A DNA stretch of 63,325 nucleotides, counting the filler, from Reclinomonas americana ATCC 50394 (taxonomy: Eukaryota), in NCBI GenBank assembly GCA_048213135.1. It is 7 parts of 4 records of this genome, joined end to end, with 100 filler letters (N's around TTAATTAATTAA, not from the genome) between each part and the next. Parts side by side here need not be neighbours in the genome. Positions count along the whole stretch, not along the records: positions 1 to 29,973 come from PS015053.1; 6 more parts are not named here. The stretch is one strand, 5' to 3'. The notes under the pieces were generated by a model, which was given only the letters and a program-made list of their open reading frames with translations, was not told the DNA's origin and made no database searches. Shown here one piece after another: positions 13,374 to 27,618 of this stretch; within the stretch, counting starts at the first letter, position 1, and the number at the start of each line of letters is the position of its first letter. The position numbers and the translations under genes are program-made.

Positions 13374-16300
13374 TGTGTCTGTGTGTGTCTCTGTGTGTGT
13401 GTGCAAGTGAGGAGAGATCAGCAAAGAGAGATAAGTACTCACAGACTTTCTTGTCTCTCTCTCTTCTCTGTGTCTTCTCTCTTCTCTCTGTGTGTTGTCT
13501 CTTGTGTACACTGTGCGCTGTGAGAGGATGTGTGTGTTTGATCAGTCGCCACGTGTGTGTGTGTCAGTGTTGTGTTGAGCGATTTTGCGCTGGTGTATGT
13601 CAAATTAGTTATTCGCCTTTGTCCTCACACGCTGCTCTTTCTTCTCCCTCCTCCTCCTCTCTCTCTCTCTCTTTGTATTTGTGTGTGTGACTCACATGCA
13701 CTCCTTGTGCTCTCCGTCAAGCGCAACCTATCACGCTCACACACTTCTCATTGTACCTGTTTCTTGCATTCACTCACTGAGTCATTTTTCATCGCCACTT
13801 TGCCCTTCTCTCTCACACACACGCACACCTTCTCTCTTCTTGGCACTTTGTCCTTCGCGCTTGATTACTCGTGCTCGCCTCTCTCTCTCTTTCTCTCTGT
13901 CTCTCTCTCTTTCTGTGACTCACGTGCACACTTCTTTGTGCTCTCCTACAAGCACTCCTCGTTGTCTTTAATCTCGCGCAGTCGTTCTTCGGTGTCATCT
14001 GTTCCTCGCTGGTCCTTGTTGTCACGTACTGCCGCATCTTGTTGCCTCTCTGCTCCTCGTGCACTATCTCAATCTGCTGTTTTCTCATGAGAATGAGCAA
14101 TTGCATACTAGCGTTCTTGCTCTTCTTCCCTCTCCTTCCCTCTCCTTCCCTCTCCTTCCCTCTCCTTCCCTTTCCTTCTCTCTCCTCCCCTCTCCTCCCC
14201 TCTCCNNNNNNNNNNNNNNNNNNNNNNNNNATCGTCTCCGACATTGAATTCAAGGAGGATTTGACGGCACGCATTTGCCAGGTGGTGGAGAAGTTGCGTC
14301 GCTTTTTCCCGCGCCCATCATCACCCGTCCTCTTTTTTTGACCTTGCTCGCAGGTACTCGCCCAACGCGCAGTGGCAGATCGACACCATGATCCAAGTGC
14401 TCGGCCTCGCCGGCACCTTTGTGCGCGAGGACGCCGTCTCCAATCTCATCTCGCTCATCACCCGCTCGCCTGAGCTGCAGCAGTACGCCGTGCGCGAGCT
14501 GTACGTGGCGGTGATGGAGCATGCGCGGCAGGAGACACTGGTGCAGGTGGCCTCGTGGTGCATTGGCGAGTATGGCGATCAGTTGGTGGCGGGGGGGGAG
14601 GTGAGTGGGAGTAAAGGGGGGAAGGGTGGAGGAGGTGGGTGAAGAATGTGTGAGAGAAAGGGAGAAGGACACAGAGCGAATAGGCAGCAACAGAATTGTT
14701 GAAAATCTTGTTGGGGTTGACTGAGAGAGTGTGAGAGCGCGAGAGCTTGTAGGCATACTCATTGCTGTTTTCAAGATATAGGGAGTGTGAGGGAGAGCAA
14801 GAATGAGAAGCACAGTGTTGGTTGGGTAAGAGAGTGAAGAAGAGCGTGTGCGTGTGTGAGAGAGAGAGAGAGGGAGCGTGCGCGAGGGAGAATGGGCTGC
14901 GGTAGAAACGATGGAAAGCATAGCTACGCTTTGAGTGTGTGAGAGTGACTGATTCCTTATGTGTGTGTGTGAGAGAGAGGGAGTAAAGGGAGAAGGGAAG
15001 AGAGGGTGTGTTCGTGAGAGTGTGTGTGCTTGTTTGTGAGAGCGACTGAGAATAGAAAAGAGTTGAAGCACAGGCAGGTTTGACTGTGCATATGTGCGTG
15101 TGTGAAGGAGAGAGAGTGAGTATGTGTGTTTGCGTGTGCATGAGAGAGCGAGAAAGGGAGTGTGTGTGCAGTTGTGTGATTGGAGAGAGTGCGCGAGAGA
15201 GCGAGTGTCTGTGTGATTGAAAGATATATGGAGAGTGCGCTTGTGCTGGCGTTCGCATTGCTGAATTTCGTTGCACGGTTTACGTTGATATTGAATGTGT
15301 TCTCCCCGGCAGATTCTCGAGGACATGGTGGTCGACCTGCTGACCAACTTCCTGCGAAGAGGCGACTGCTCGCAAATCACCAAGCAGTACGTGTTGACGG
15401 CGTTGGTGAAGTTGGTCGATCGATTTAAGTCGTGTGAGGAGTTGCGTGGGGGTTGGTGGAGGGAGAAGGAGGGGGTGAGGGAGAGATGAACTGAGAGGAA
15501 CAAAAGTCAATGAGCGTGAAAGAGTGACTGAATGAGGGTAACAGAGAAATGAAAATGGGATGTACAAGTGAGACAGATTGGTACTGTGCTCAGCAGTCGG
15601 GATTGTCTGTGTGTAGGAGAGAGAGGGAGAGAGAATAAGAGATACCCGGTGTCTTTTTTTTTCTGTTTGTGTGTTTCTGAGTGAGAGATGACAGTTGAGC
15701 GCGATCAGTAACCTGCATTTGCTGCTTTTGTCCTGTCTTTCTCTTCAACCTGCGGGTGAGAAAGACAAACAATGTCTCGCACGTTTCGCTCTCGATTTTG
15801 TGCTCTCTTTCATCCTCTCTCTAAAGGTGCGAAAGAGAAGGAAAGAGTGATGATTGCTTTACTTTCTCTTCGATATCTTTCGACTTCTTGCCTCGTATGA
15901 AGCAGGGGGCGGAGAGAGGGAGAGAGAATGATCTGGCGTGTGTCGCCCTCCTTTTCACTGCCGTTCGCTGACGACAATATCGTGCAGGCAAATTCGCGAG
16001 GCCATCTCCACACAGCGACGGAGTCGGTTCACGGAGTTGCAGACTCGTGCCGTCGAGTATGGGCGAGTCATTGAGTTGCCAGAGCATCGGTGAGGAGGAG
16101 GCGACGCCCTCTCCCTTTCATTTTTCCATCATCGCGCTCACTTCCATTTTTTGTCGGCAGCCACGGCCTGCTGGCCAAGATTCCACCAATCGACAAGGAG
16201 GCGGTGCAGGAGAGGCATGTTGTGCGTGCCGAGCTGCACACGTCGACCTCGCCGACTGGAGCGCCCGCGTCGCATGGACCGCCGGTATGTACTCAGAGGA

Positions 16301-16753
16301 AAGGGAACGGGGGAGGGGAAACGGAGAGAGGGAGGGAAAGGGTGAGGATGGGGTGTGAAGATGCGAGGGTGAAGAACGCGCACTCCACACTTGCCGAGAA
16401 GTGCCGGTGCGGACGAAGTCGTCGGTTGGGTTGAAGAGAGAATTAGACGCGCTTGGACTCTATTTTGCAGAGGAGAAACGAGTCGTGATTTTGCGAAAGG
16501 GGAGGGCCGAGAGTGAGCCGGCGGTGGACCTTTTGTCCTGCTTCTTCGGTTCTCTCCTACTCCTCTCCTTTGGTAACTTGCTCTCTTTGTCGGTAACCGT
16601 GTGCTCTCTACTTACTGGTCGCATCTGTTATTGCTCTCCTCGACTGAGTCACAATTGATTGCTCCCACACTCCTTGGCCAGCGATATCTTGTTCTTCTCT
16701 CGTTCTTCTGTCATCTTTCGCCATTGTTCACGTTCTCGCTCGCTGTTGAATCC

Positions 16754-16797
<44 letters not shown>

Positions 16798-19700
16798 NNN
16801 NNNNNNNNNNNNNNNNNCTCCTTCCCCCTCCTTCCCCCTCCTTCCCTCTCCCTTTCTCACCCTTTCCCTTCTCCCCGCAGGTGGTGAAGCCACTGAACAT
16901 CTTCGACGACGTCTTTGCACCGGCTCCTGCCTCTGCCGCGAGTGGTTCCGGCAGTCAGGCGTCGGGCAGCGGTGCGCGTGTCGCCTCGGATGCTGGCCCA
17001 TCGGGAGTAACGGCCCCGCCACAAGGTTTGAGTGACTCATGTGCGTGCTGTGAGGTGTGTGTCACTCATTTGACCCTGCGCAGATTTCATGCAAGCCATC
17101 TTTGGGCTGGGCGGCGCTCCGACCATTCCCACGGCGCCGGCTCCTGCTGCCCCCGTGTCGCCACAGCGCCCCATGCCGCCGCCAGTGCAACCATCACCAC
17201 CGCCGATGCAGCCGCCAATGAACATGATGCCGGTGATGCCGAGCCCGCCAGTAGGCATGGTTATGCACCCGCCGCCAATGCCCATGTTCCCGCAGACCCT
17301 GCCGCCGCCGGGGATGGGTGGGGTGTTTGGTTCGCCGCAGCCACCGGCGCCGCCACCAGTGTCGGGTGAGTTGGGGAGAGAGAGAGGAGGGTAGGAGGGG
17401 AGGGATGAAGTAGGAAGGAAGGGAGGAGGGGTGTCTGTGGATGGGATGTGAAATGTGTGCTTGTGTGTATGATCTAGAACGGGGAGAATTGACTCTGACA
17501 GGATGGTGTGCGTTGCATTCTTTTGTGTTTTTTTCTTTCCGTTTTGTTTCTTTTATTCTATCTGCATCTCACTATCTCTCTGGCGGTGCTTTCGTGTGAC
17601 TGNNNNNNNNNNNNNNNNNNNNNNNNNNNNNNNNNNNNNNNNNNNNNNNNNNNNNNNNNNNNNNNNNNNNNNNNNNNNNNNNNNNNNNNNNNNNNNNNNN
17701 NNNNNNNNNNNNNNNNNNNNNNNNNNNNNNNNNNNNNNNNNNNNNNNNNNNNNNNNNNNNNNNNNNNNNNNNNNNNNNNNNNNNNNNNNNNNNNNNNNNN
17801 NNNNNNNNNNNNNNNNNNNNNNNNNNNNNNNNNNNNNNNNNNNNNNNNNNNNNNNNNNNNNNNNNNNNNNNNNNNNNNNNNNNNNNNNNNNNNNNNNNNN
17901 NNNNNNNNNNNNNNNNNNNNNNNNNNNNNNNNNNNNNNNNNNNNNNNNNNNNNNNNNNNNNNNNNNNNNNNNNNNNNNNNNNNNNNNNNNNNNNNNNNNN
18001 NNNNNNNNNNNNNNNNNNNNNNNNNNNNNNNNNNNNNNNNNNNNNNNNNNNNNNNNNNNNNNNNNNNNNNNNNNNNNNNNNNNNNNNNNNNNNNNNNNNN
18101 NNNNNNNNNNNNNNNNNNNNNNNNNNNNNNNNNNNNNNNNNNNNNNNNNNNNNNNNNNNNNNNNNNNNNNCTCCGACTCAGGTTCCCGCAGACCCTGCCG
18201 CCGCCGGGGATGGGTGGGGTGTTTGGTTCGCCGCAGCCACCGGCGCCGCCACCAGTGTCGGGTGAGTTGGGGAGAGAGAGAGGAGGGTAGGAGGGGAGGG
18301 ATGAAGTAGGAAGGAAGGGAGGAGGGGTGTCTGTGGATGGGATGTGAAATGTGTGCTTGTGTGTATGATCTAGAACGGGGAGAATTGACTCTGACAGGAT
18401 GGTGTGCGTTGCATTCTTTTGTGTTTTTTCTTTCCGTTTGTTCTTTTATTCTATCTGCATCTCACTGTGTCTCTGGCGGTGCTTTCGTGTGTTCTGGCTG
18501 CCTTTGTCTGTATCTCAGTCTGTGTTGTTTTGCGTGTGTGATGTCTGCCTCTCGTTCAACTATCTCTTTCGATGTGGGTGTGTGTGCTCTGTGTCGTCTC
18601 TCCTTTTTTTTCAGTGTGTGTGCGCGCTTTGTGTTTGATGTGTTTGCGTTCTGCCTGCACCTTTCCATCCTCGTTTTCTGTGTGTTTTTGTGTGCTCTGC
18701 CTCGTCTCTGTCTTTCGGCGGTAAAGCATTCGTTCTCTCTGAAGCTGTCTCTGTCTCTCGTGTGTTGTTAGTGTACATCTCATTCGGTTTATGGGCGTTC
18801 GTTCTGCCTCGTCTCTCCTTCTCTTATTTCGGTGTATGCGCGTGTATTCTGTCTGTATTTCTTCCGCACTTTTTTTGTTCCGATTGTGTATTCCGTGTGC
18901 ATCACTTGCTCAATCTCTTTCGCCGTGTGATTGTGCATGTGAAACTCTCGTTCTTGTACGGCATTCTCACCACGCCCCTCCCTTCCCCTCCCACAGCCGC
19001 CTCCTTTGGCAACTCCTACTCTCCCATCGAGGCCTTCAACGAGAATGGCCTCGTCGTGCACTTTGGCTTCTCCAAGAACGCCATGGATGCGTCACAGACG
19101 ACGATTCATGCCACGTACCGCAACAACACTCCGGTGGCGATGGACGACTTTGTGTTCCAGGTCGCGGTGCCGAAGGTCAGGAGATAGGGAGAGGGATACA
19201 GGGGAGGGGGAGGGGGAGACAGGAATGAGGATGTTTCGAGAGTGAGAGTGAGAGCGTGAGCGTGAGCGAGAGTGAAAGCGTGAGCGAGAGTGAGAGCGTG
19301 AGCGTGAGCGAGAGTGAGAGCGTGAGCGAGAGTGAAAGCGTGAGCGAGAGTGAGAGCGTGAGCGTGAGCGAGAGTGAGAGCGTGAGCGTGAGCGAGAGTG
19401 AGAGCGTGAGCGAGAGTGAGAGCGTGAGCGAGAGTGAGAGCGTGAGCGAGAGTGAGAGCGTGAGCGAGAGTGAGAGCGTGAGCGAGAGTGAGAGTGAGAG
19501 CGAGAGTGAGAGTGAGAGCGAGAGCGAGAGTGAGAGCGTGAGCGAGAGCGAGAGTGAGAGCGTGAGCGTGANNNNNNNNNNNNNNNNNNNNNNNNNNNNN
19601 NNNNNNNNNNNNNNNNNNNNNNNNNNNNNNNNNNNNNNNNNNNNNNNNNNNNNNNNNNNNNNNNNNNNNNNNNNNNNNNNNNNNNNNNNNNNNNNNNNNN

Positions 19701-20712
19701 NNNNNNNNNNNNNNNNNNNNNNNNNNNNNNNNNNNNNNNNNNNNNNNNNNNNNNNNNNNNNNNNNNNNNNNNNNNNNNNNNNNNNNNNNNNNNNNNNNNN
19801 NNNNNNNNNNNNNNNNNNNNNNNNNNNNNNNNNNNNNNNNNNNNNNNNNNNNNNNNNNNNNNNNNNNNNNNNNNNNNNNNNNNNNNNNNNNNNNNNNNNN
19901 NNNNNNNNNNNNNNNNNNNNNNNNNNNNNNNNNNNNNNNNNNNNNNNNNNNNNNNNNNNNNNNNNNNNNNNNNNNNNNNNNNNNNNNNNNNNNNNNNNNN
20001 NNNNNNNNNNNNNNNNNNNNNNNNNNNNNNNNNNNNNNNNNNNNNNNNNNNNNNNNNNNNNNNNNNNNNNNNNNNNNNNNNNNNNNNNNNNNNNNNNNNN
20101 NNNNNNNNNNNNNNNNNNNNNNNNNNNNNNNNNNNNNNNNNNNNNNNNNNNNNNNNNNNNNNNNNNNNNNNNNNNNNNNNNNNNNNNNNNNNNNNNNNNN
20201 NNNNNNNNNNNNNNNNNNNNNNNNNNNNNNNNNNNNNNNNNNNNNNNNNNNNNNNNNNNNNNNNNNNNNNNNNNNNNNNNNNNNNNNNNNNNNNNNNNNN
20301 NNNNNNNNNNNNNNNNNNNNNNNTGAGCGAAAGTGAGAGCGAAATGGCAGAGATGCTTTGTGAAAGGCATTCGCACGTGTCTGGCAATGTCTGGCTTCTC
20401 CATCTTGCTCTTTGTTCTCTCTCCTCTCCTGTCCCCTATTCCCTTCTCTCTTCTCCGTTCCTCCCCCTCCCCCCTTCTCCCTTTTTCGCTCACCCTCCCT
20501 CTCCCCGCCCGCAGTACCTTCTACTCAAGCTCCTGCCACCGTCGTCAAGTCGCATCGAGCCGAACGGTGTGGTGACGCAGGACTTTGTGTTGACCAACAC
20601 ACAGCAGGGCTCCAAGGGCCTGGCACTGCGTGTCAAGATCAACTACACGCAGGCCGGTGCACCTGTCAATATTCCGGTGGTGTCGGTGGCCAACTTCCCC
20701 GCCGGGTTGTAG
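12346..20712 (+). CDS. AP1G1: AP-1 complex subunit gamma (gamma adaptin); N-terminal exons mostly lost in gaps
   Basis: First exon MSLRLR; trunk exons [43 protein letters not shown] and ELQTRAVEY; Pro-rich hinge; ear domain [21 protein letters not shown]...LRVKINY...NFPAGL*. Confidence 0.92.
19240..19571. repeat. Intronic tandem repeat of GAGCGT/GAGCGA/GAGTGA hexamers
   Basis: Directly visible array running into a gap. Confidence 0.9.
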
Positions 20713-21786
20713 GCGCTGGGCGGGGGGAGAGGCGGTTCTTGTTGGGAGATTTGGGATTGCGTGTAGAATTGTGACGTGCGCGCAACGTGAGTGAAATTTG
20801 GTGTGCAGATGGATATTGATGAAAGTGAGGGTGTGTGGGTTTGGCTGACGGCTCTCTCGACGGCAAAGAGGTCATCTGAAGCAGCAGCGGATGCTGTCGT
20901 CTTCTCCTCCGTCCTCATCACCAAGTTCAACCATACCCATTGCATCAACGCCGACACCAGTTTTGAAGGCAGCGTCAGGTGAGAACAAGCCGAGAACTGC
21001 ATCGATGTCCGCGTGCGTTTTCTGCGGTCGTACTGTGTTCTTCGGGAAAAGGCCAAAAGCCAGGGAAACAATGCTTCGGCGGGTGATCCGAGAGCTCGGA
21101 ATATGCGGCACGGCGATCGAACTGCATCTTGCAGTGGACATTTGTCGCATTATTATGGAATGTGGTGAGTGAAGTGTTTTGTTTTTCGAATTCTCGACTC
21201 CTCGGGCCAAGCCTCGAATTCAGAGCACAAGAAGATTAATCTGCTGCTCTTTAATGAAACGCTGGCGGAGCCGGCCACGAAGTTTCTCACGCAGAATCGC
21301 CAGAAGCGCGCATTTCGTGTGTTGTTGACTTTCCGATCGACGAACAGATCCTTCGCAGTATCCGAGCTCAGCTGGAGAAACCGAGCGCACGCAAGCAGAA
21401 CGCGTATTTCCACCAACGCATCGACGCTTGTTAACTGCGCTTGCGCGGTGCAGATCGCAGTTCTCGACAAGTTCGAAGCTCCGAGACAAGAAACGAAATT
21501 CTGTCGAGGCGAACACGCGTTTGATTGACGTTGCCTGTAGGAGAAGTAAGTATGCATGCATGTGTTTTGTATATTGTTGGTGTGCCAATGGTCATCGTCG
21601 GCAAGGGATTTGTGGGCGATTATCGCATTATTGGAATGTGGTGAATGAAGTGTTTTGTTGTAACTGCTTCGTGCCTCTAGACTGGTGTTTGCGTTGATGC
21701 TCTGGATACAGTTGGAGACAGCCGTTGCTTGTTTGTTGGTGAATGAATGTCCGAGCTGGTGTATGGCCGTTCACCTCATTTTCTTG

Positions 21787-21875
21787 TTTTTTCCGTGATG
21801 TCTGAGTTTCTGGTGCTCACTCAAGATGGTGATCATCATGCAGCTGTGTTGCTGTTTGGATTAGTAAAATTGTCG
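21787..21875 (+). repeat. Dispersed intergenic repeat, module A, copy 1
   Basis: CGTGATGTCTGAGTTTCTGGTGCTCACTCAAGATGGT...GGATTAGTAAA is closely similar to 28191-28318 and 51178-51310. Confidence 0.85.
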
Positions 21876-21969
21876 CTGTCGATCCACCCAAAACAATTTC
21901 CGAAGTCAAAGGACACACCGGTCCTGCACCAATCTGTCCCCAATCACTCTCCTTCCCTCACACACAACA

Positions 21970-24900
21970 ATGAGCAGCGCCGGTGTCTCCAGCTCTCTCA
22001 TCGACGAGTCCTCTGCGCGTCGCCAATCGACCTACTACGTGCCAGTGGCGCAACGAGCACCCCTGCCTGTCTCGCGGCCTTCCCTCGTGCCCACGCCCAA
22101 CTCGAATCCAACAGAGGCCAAGTACTGGAGCAAGTTTGCAGTTGAGTGTGATGTGTGTGTGAGAGAGAGAGTGAGGGCGAGAGTGTGTGTGTGTGTGTGT
22201 TGCGCCATGTCCATGTGCTCATTCACATCAACAGACTCGTTGCATTTTTTCTCACGTTTTTCTTCTTTCTCTTTGTGTGTGCATGTGTGTGTAAGAGAGA
22301 GTAAGTGTGTGCATTGTGCTGTGTTGCTCTCTCACTCTCTCACTCTCTTGCTGTCTTGTGTGACTCTCTCTTGTTTGACTCACACCCTCACACACTCTTC
22401 CTGTCTCTCCTTCTCACTCGCTGTCACACACACGCACTCTCTCTCGCTCTTGTGAGTCCTCACTCTCTGACTGTGCCTCTCTGTCGCTCTCACACACTCA
22501 CTGACACTCACTGAGACACTCGTACTCTCACTCTCTTGCATGGTCTCCTTGTCCGTGACTGTGCCTCTTTGTCTCTCCCACTCTCTGACGCTCTCCCCTG
22601 TCACTCTCGCCACACAGTTGCTGCATCTCGCCTTCTCTTCTCTCCCCTTCTCTCCTTGTCTGTGACTCTCTCTTGTGTCCTTGTCTGCTCTTCTGCCTCT
22701 CTCTGTGGCTCTCACATGCCATTCAGTCTCCACTCTCTGCCTTTTCCACTTTCTCCACTGCTTCAGCCTCCACTCACTTCCCATTCGCCCCCTTCCCCCT
22801 TTCCCTCTTGTTTCGCAGAGACCTGTGACGACACAACTCGCCGGCGCACTGGTGAAGGATGTCAAGTTCTCGCCTGTGAGTCCGCACGAGCTGGCGGTGG
22901 TGAATGGCGCAAAGGTTTGTTCGTGTGGCCGCGGAAAGACAGTGTCATGCGTGATGGCGGAGAGTTGAGTTTGTGAGGGTATGAGAGCGAGAGTGAGTGA
23001 CTAAGAGGATCCTTATTTTTCGTGAGCGTGTGGAAAGAGCAGCAAGGCCAAGCAATATGACAGGCTGAAGGCCGTGGGACTATTTGCAGGATTGCGATGG
23101 AAGCATGCAATCCATCATTGTACACTCCCACTCTGTGAAGACTCCTCCACCTGTGCATAGTCTCCTCTCTCTGTCTCGCCCACATGCGCTCTGTTGATCT
23201 CTCCTTCTCACTGTCTCGCTCTCTCTCTCTCTCTCTCTCTCACTGTGCATGCATCGTTGCATTCTCCTTCTCACCCGCTGTAAAGACTCATCCACCTATC
23301 CGCAATCCTCTCTCCTTCTCTCTCCCTCTCTCCTGCGCGCACATACTTGCACACTCCCTCTCAAACTCTGTGAACACTCGTCCACCTGTACATTTTCCTC
23401 TCAGTCACGTCCACGCGCGTTCTGTGTCGTTCTCTCCTTCACACTCTTCTCTCTGTGTGCCCATGCATCCTTGCACACTCCCTCTCACACATTGTGAAGA
23501 CCCGTTATCCACAATCCCTTCTCTGTATCACCCTCTCTGTAGTTCTCTCCTTCACACTCTCCTCGTACACTGCCTCTCTCGTTTTCTCTCTCTCATTCAC
23601 AATCATCTCGTTCTCACGCCCACACGCGCTCTCTGTCGTTCTCTCCTTCACACTTCGTTTTCTCTCTCTCTCTCTCTCAGTGCACAATTACATCGTTGTA
23701 CAAAAGAGCATCAGCCTTTCTGCAGTAGATTTATTCACTCCTTTTCACTCCCTTCCCCTCCCCCTCCCCTCCCCCCTCCCCTCCCGCCTCCCCCTCACCC
23801 CTTTACCCCCACGCAGGTCGACCTCTTCTCCGGCAACTCCCGCCAACCAGAGCGACAACTCTCGCAATTCCGTGACCTGCTGCACTGCTGCGCCTATCGA
23901 CCGAGCGACGGCCGGCTGCTGGCCGTAGCCGGCGAGTACCCGCACGTGCATCTGTTTGACACAGCCAGTCGGACGCGCCTGCGTATCCTCAAGGGACACA
24001 GTCGGTGAGTGGGAAAGTGACGTGACTCTCTCTTCCCTTTCCTTCCCTCACTCCCTTCTTCTTAATCCTCCAGCGCCGTCCACGCCGTCCTCTTCCCCTC
24101 CCAACGCGCGGCCCTGGTGACCGGCTCCGACGACATGACGGTGCGGCTGTGGGACGTGGTCAGCGGCGAGTGCGTGGTCGCCATCTCCGACGCTTTCGAG
24201 GACTACGTGCGCACTCTCGACGCCCCACAAACGTCGGACGGATCACCGCCGGTGATCCTGGCCGGCTCGTACGACCACTCGGTGCGCGTGCTGGACATGC
24301 GGTCGGCCTCGGTGGTGGCCACCTTCAAGTGTGACGCGCCGGTGGAGAGCGTGCGATTGCATGCGGGTGGATCGCTGGCCTACGCCAGTGCCGGCAACAC
24401 GGTGCGCGTGTTTGACGTGGTGTCGGGGCGCACGGAGCCGCTGGCGGAGTTGTGCTATCACCAAAAGACGGTGACGTGTTTGCGGTTGACGGAGGATGGA
24501 TCGCGGTTGTTGTCGGGGAGTTTGGATCATTTTGTGAAGGTGTGAATGAGGGGGGAAAGGGAGGGAGAGAGAGGGAGAGGGTGAGAGGGAGAGGGAGAGG
24601 GAGAAAACGAAAGAAGAGAGAAGGAAGGTGAGCAAGATGCGAAACACACGTAGAGAGAGATAAAATGGGAAAAAAGGGAGATGGGTGAGAGAGAGAGAGG
24701 AAAGAAGAGATACGAGAGAAGGCGAGATAGATGAAAAAGGTCGAAAGATACGCGCAGAGAGTGAGAGAGAAAGGAGAAGAAGAGTGGAGCACAGAGAGAA
24801 TGGTGAGCAAGACGATAACGAGGAAGGAGAGAGAAAGGCACAAAGAGAAATACGAGAGACAAACACAAGAGAAGCGATAACATTCTTTCTTCCTTCTCCT

Positions 24901-27618
24901 TTCTCTCTGTAACTTTACTATTTCTCTCCTTCCTCTTTTCTCTCTTTCTGGTTGTCTTCACTCTCCCCTCTCATTCTCTCTTTTATCTCCGCCTTGAGAT
25001 CAGAGAAAGTAAGAGTTGACATGAGCGGAACGAGAGAAGATGAGAAAAATGAGGAAGGCACACACAGAAGAAGAGAGAATGAGTGAGACCTGCAAGACAC
25101 AGAAGGTTAAAGGAGAGAGAAGGCGAGATACGAGAGAGAAAAGCACAGAGTGAGACATGGACAGTACAGGAGAAAGAAGAGAGAACGCACGGAGAGAGAG
25201 AACTTGAGAAGGATGAAAAAACACACAAGCACACTCACAGAGAGGGAGAGAGAGATTGGAGAAGAAGAGAGAATGAGTGGACAGGAGAGAGAAGAGAGAA
25301 TGGCACAAGGAGAGAGACGGGAGTAAGAATAGAAGATGGAAACGGCGAAATAGACAGAGAATTACAAGGTGTGACACACGCCAGGAGAGAAGAAGAGAGA
25401 GAAGAGAGAGCTCTTTCTTTTTTCTCTCTCTTTCTCTCTCTCTCTCTTTCTTTCTCTGTTTCCTTTCTCTCTCACTGTCTCTATATGTTTGTTTCGGTTG
25501 TCTAGAGAAAGAAAGAAGATCAGAGAAAGAGTGAGAAGAGAGAAAGGAGAAGAAGTGAGAAGTTTCTCTCTACCACTCTCCCTGTTCCTTCTCCCTTCTC
25601 CCTTCCCCTCACCATCCCTTCCCCTTCTTTAGGTGTACGACACCTCCAGCTTCTCCCTGGTACACTCGATGTACTTCCCCTCGCCGATCCTCTCCATGGA
25701 CCTGGCGCCCGACGACACCGACCTGGCCGTGGGATTCGCCTCCGGCGCAGTGGAATGGAGGAGGCGAGAGGTGTCGGGACCCGAGTTCAAGGCCGAGCAG
25801 AAGAAGCGCGATTACTTGCGTACCGGCACCTACGCCTACTTTTTGCGCGGGCAGTCGGCGCGGGCCACCGATGTTGCGTGCGAGAAGGAAGCGAGTAGGA
25901 GGGGGAGAAAGAGTAGAGAGAGGAGAGGAGATCAAGAAGAGGAGTAATAGTCAGACTGCACTGTCTTTGCGAGGAAAGGTGTGAGTGACGAAGCCGCAAT
26001 TGTGTTGCTTATCAGAGAGAGGAACGAAGAGCTGCGCCTTGCAATCGAAGCATCAGAGATTGCGTTGGAATTATCAGACTTTCCTTCCGCTTTTCCGTCT
26101 CATTTTCTCTCTTTTCTTCCTATGTACGCCATTCCGTTTACTTGTCGTTCTTTGCATTACATTCTCATGTGCTCCTCTTCCATCTCCCGATATTTCCACT
26201 CCACCTTTGTCGTCTCCTTCCGCATTCTCCGTCTCCTCCCGCGCCTTGTTGATGAGTTCTCATCGTTTCTTGCGTCCCTCACCATGCCTTCTTTCAATCC
26301 ATCTTGTCTCCCTCTCCTCTCCTTCCCCATTCTTCCCCCTCGCTCTTCCTCCTCGCTCTTCCCCCTTCCCCTCCCCCTTCGCTCTTCCCNNNNNNNNNNN
26401 NNNNNNNNNCTCTCTCCTCCTCCTCCCTCCCTCCCCTCCCCTCCCCCTTTCCCTCCCCCCTCCCCCTTCTCCTCCCCTTTCCCTCTCTATTCTCACTGGA
26501 TCTCTCTCTCTCCACAGGACCTGCGCGTTCAAGGCACCCGGCTGAAGCGCCTGGCCCCATACGATCAAATGCTGCGAACGTTCCGCTACGCCGACGCCCT
26601 GGATGCGGTGCTTGTTGTTGCGTTTTTTTAATTCCCTCCACTCCCTTCGGACCCCACCAGATTCGCCCCCTTTAACCTCCCCCCCTCACCGCAGACCAAG
26701 AACCCGCTGATCATCTGCAGCGTGCTGGACGAGTTGTCGGTGCGCGACGGACTGACGGTGGCGCTGTCGGGTCGCGACGAGGTGACTCTCGAGCCGGTGC
26801 TGTCGTTCTGCGTCAAGTACATTGCCGATGCCAATTACACGGCGATTGTGCTGGATGTCGCGGAGTTGATTTTGGGTGAGTTTGGAGGAGGGGCGGAAGA
26901 AGTGCCCGCTTCCTGTATATGCTCACCGTTGCCTGTCGCAGACACATACGGCGGTGTGGTGGGCCAGAGTGTGGTCATTGACGAGCTGCTGTTCCTGCTG
27001 CGATCGCGCATGCGTGCCGAGCTGTCGCTGCAGACCGAGTTGCTGGCGGTGCAGGGCATGCTGGAGATGCTGTTTGCCGCCTCGGTGTCGTCGTCTGTCG
27101 GCCGCTCGTTCACCTCGATGGATCACTTGGTGGTGCCGCTCAAGACTGCCGCCGACCGACCAGCCTCGGAGAAGAGGGCGGTGGCGAATGGTCATGCCGA
27201 GTCCGCCAAGAAGAAGAACAAGGACAAGAAGAAGAGCAAGGCGACAGGTGACGCCGTGTCTCCACGCACACCTTCCGCCACCACCACCACCACGACAACC
27301 ACCACTACGCCTACACCTGGCAAGGGCAAGAGTGCAGTGCCGGCGCTGGCGTTTGAGACTCCGTCGTCGGCATCAGCCAGCGGCAAGACGCAGGTGGTGG
27401 CGGCCACCACCGGGAAGAAGAAGAACAAGAACAAGGACAAGATGGAGACCGACGAGAGGCCGTCGCGTGCCTCACTGCCTGGCACTGTGTCGTCGTCGTC
27501 ATCTCGGGGGGACACGCCAATGGCGAATGGTGGTGGCGGGGTGGAGGAGCAGAAGAGGTTGAAGAAGAAGCGTGGAAGGATGAGTGTGGCGGCGGTGGAG
27601 GAGGAGGAGGAGGAATAA
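21970..27618 (+). CDS. UTP15: U3 snoRNA-associated protein 15 (WD40 plus UTP15 C-terminal domain)
   Basis: EAKYWSKF N-terminus; WD40 repeats (TGSDDMTVRLWD, AGSYDHSVRVLD, HQKTVTCL, SGSLDHFVKVYD); C-terminal LAPYDQMLRTFRYADALD, ELSVRDGLTVALSGRDE and LAVQGMLEML; TAA at 27616-27618. Confidence 0.92.

Noticed and set aside
18171-18495. Apparent duplicate of an AP1G1 exon end (copy of about 17287-17598)
   Set aside because: It starts with CTCCGACTCAG, the 454/Ion adaptor A end, flanks a gap and differs mainly in homopolymer lengths; assembly artefact.
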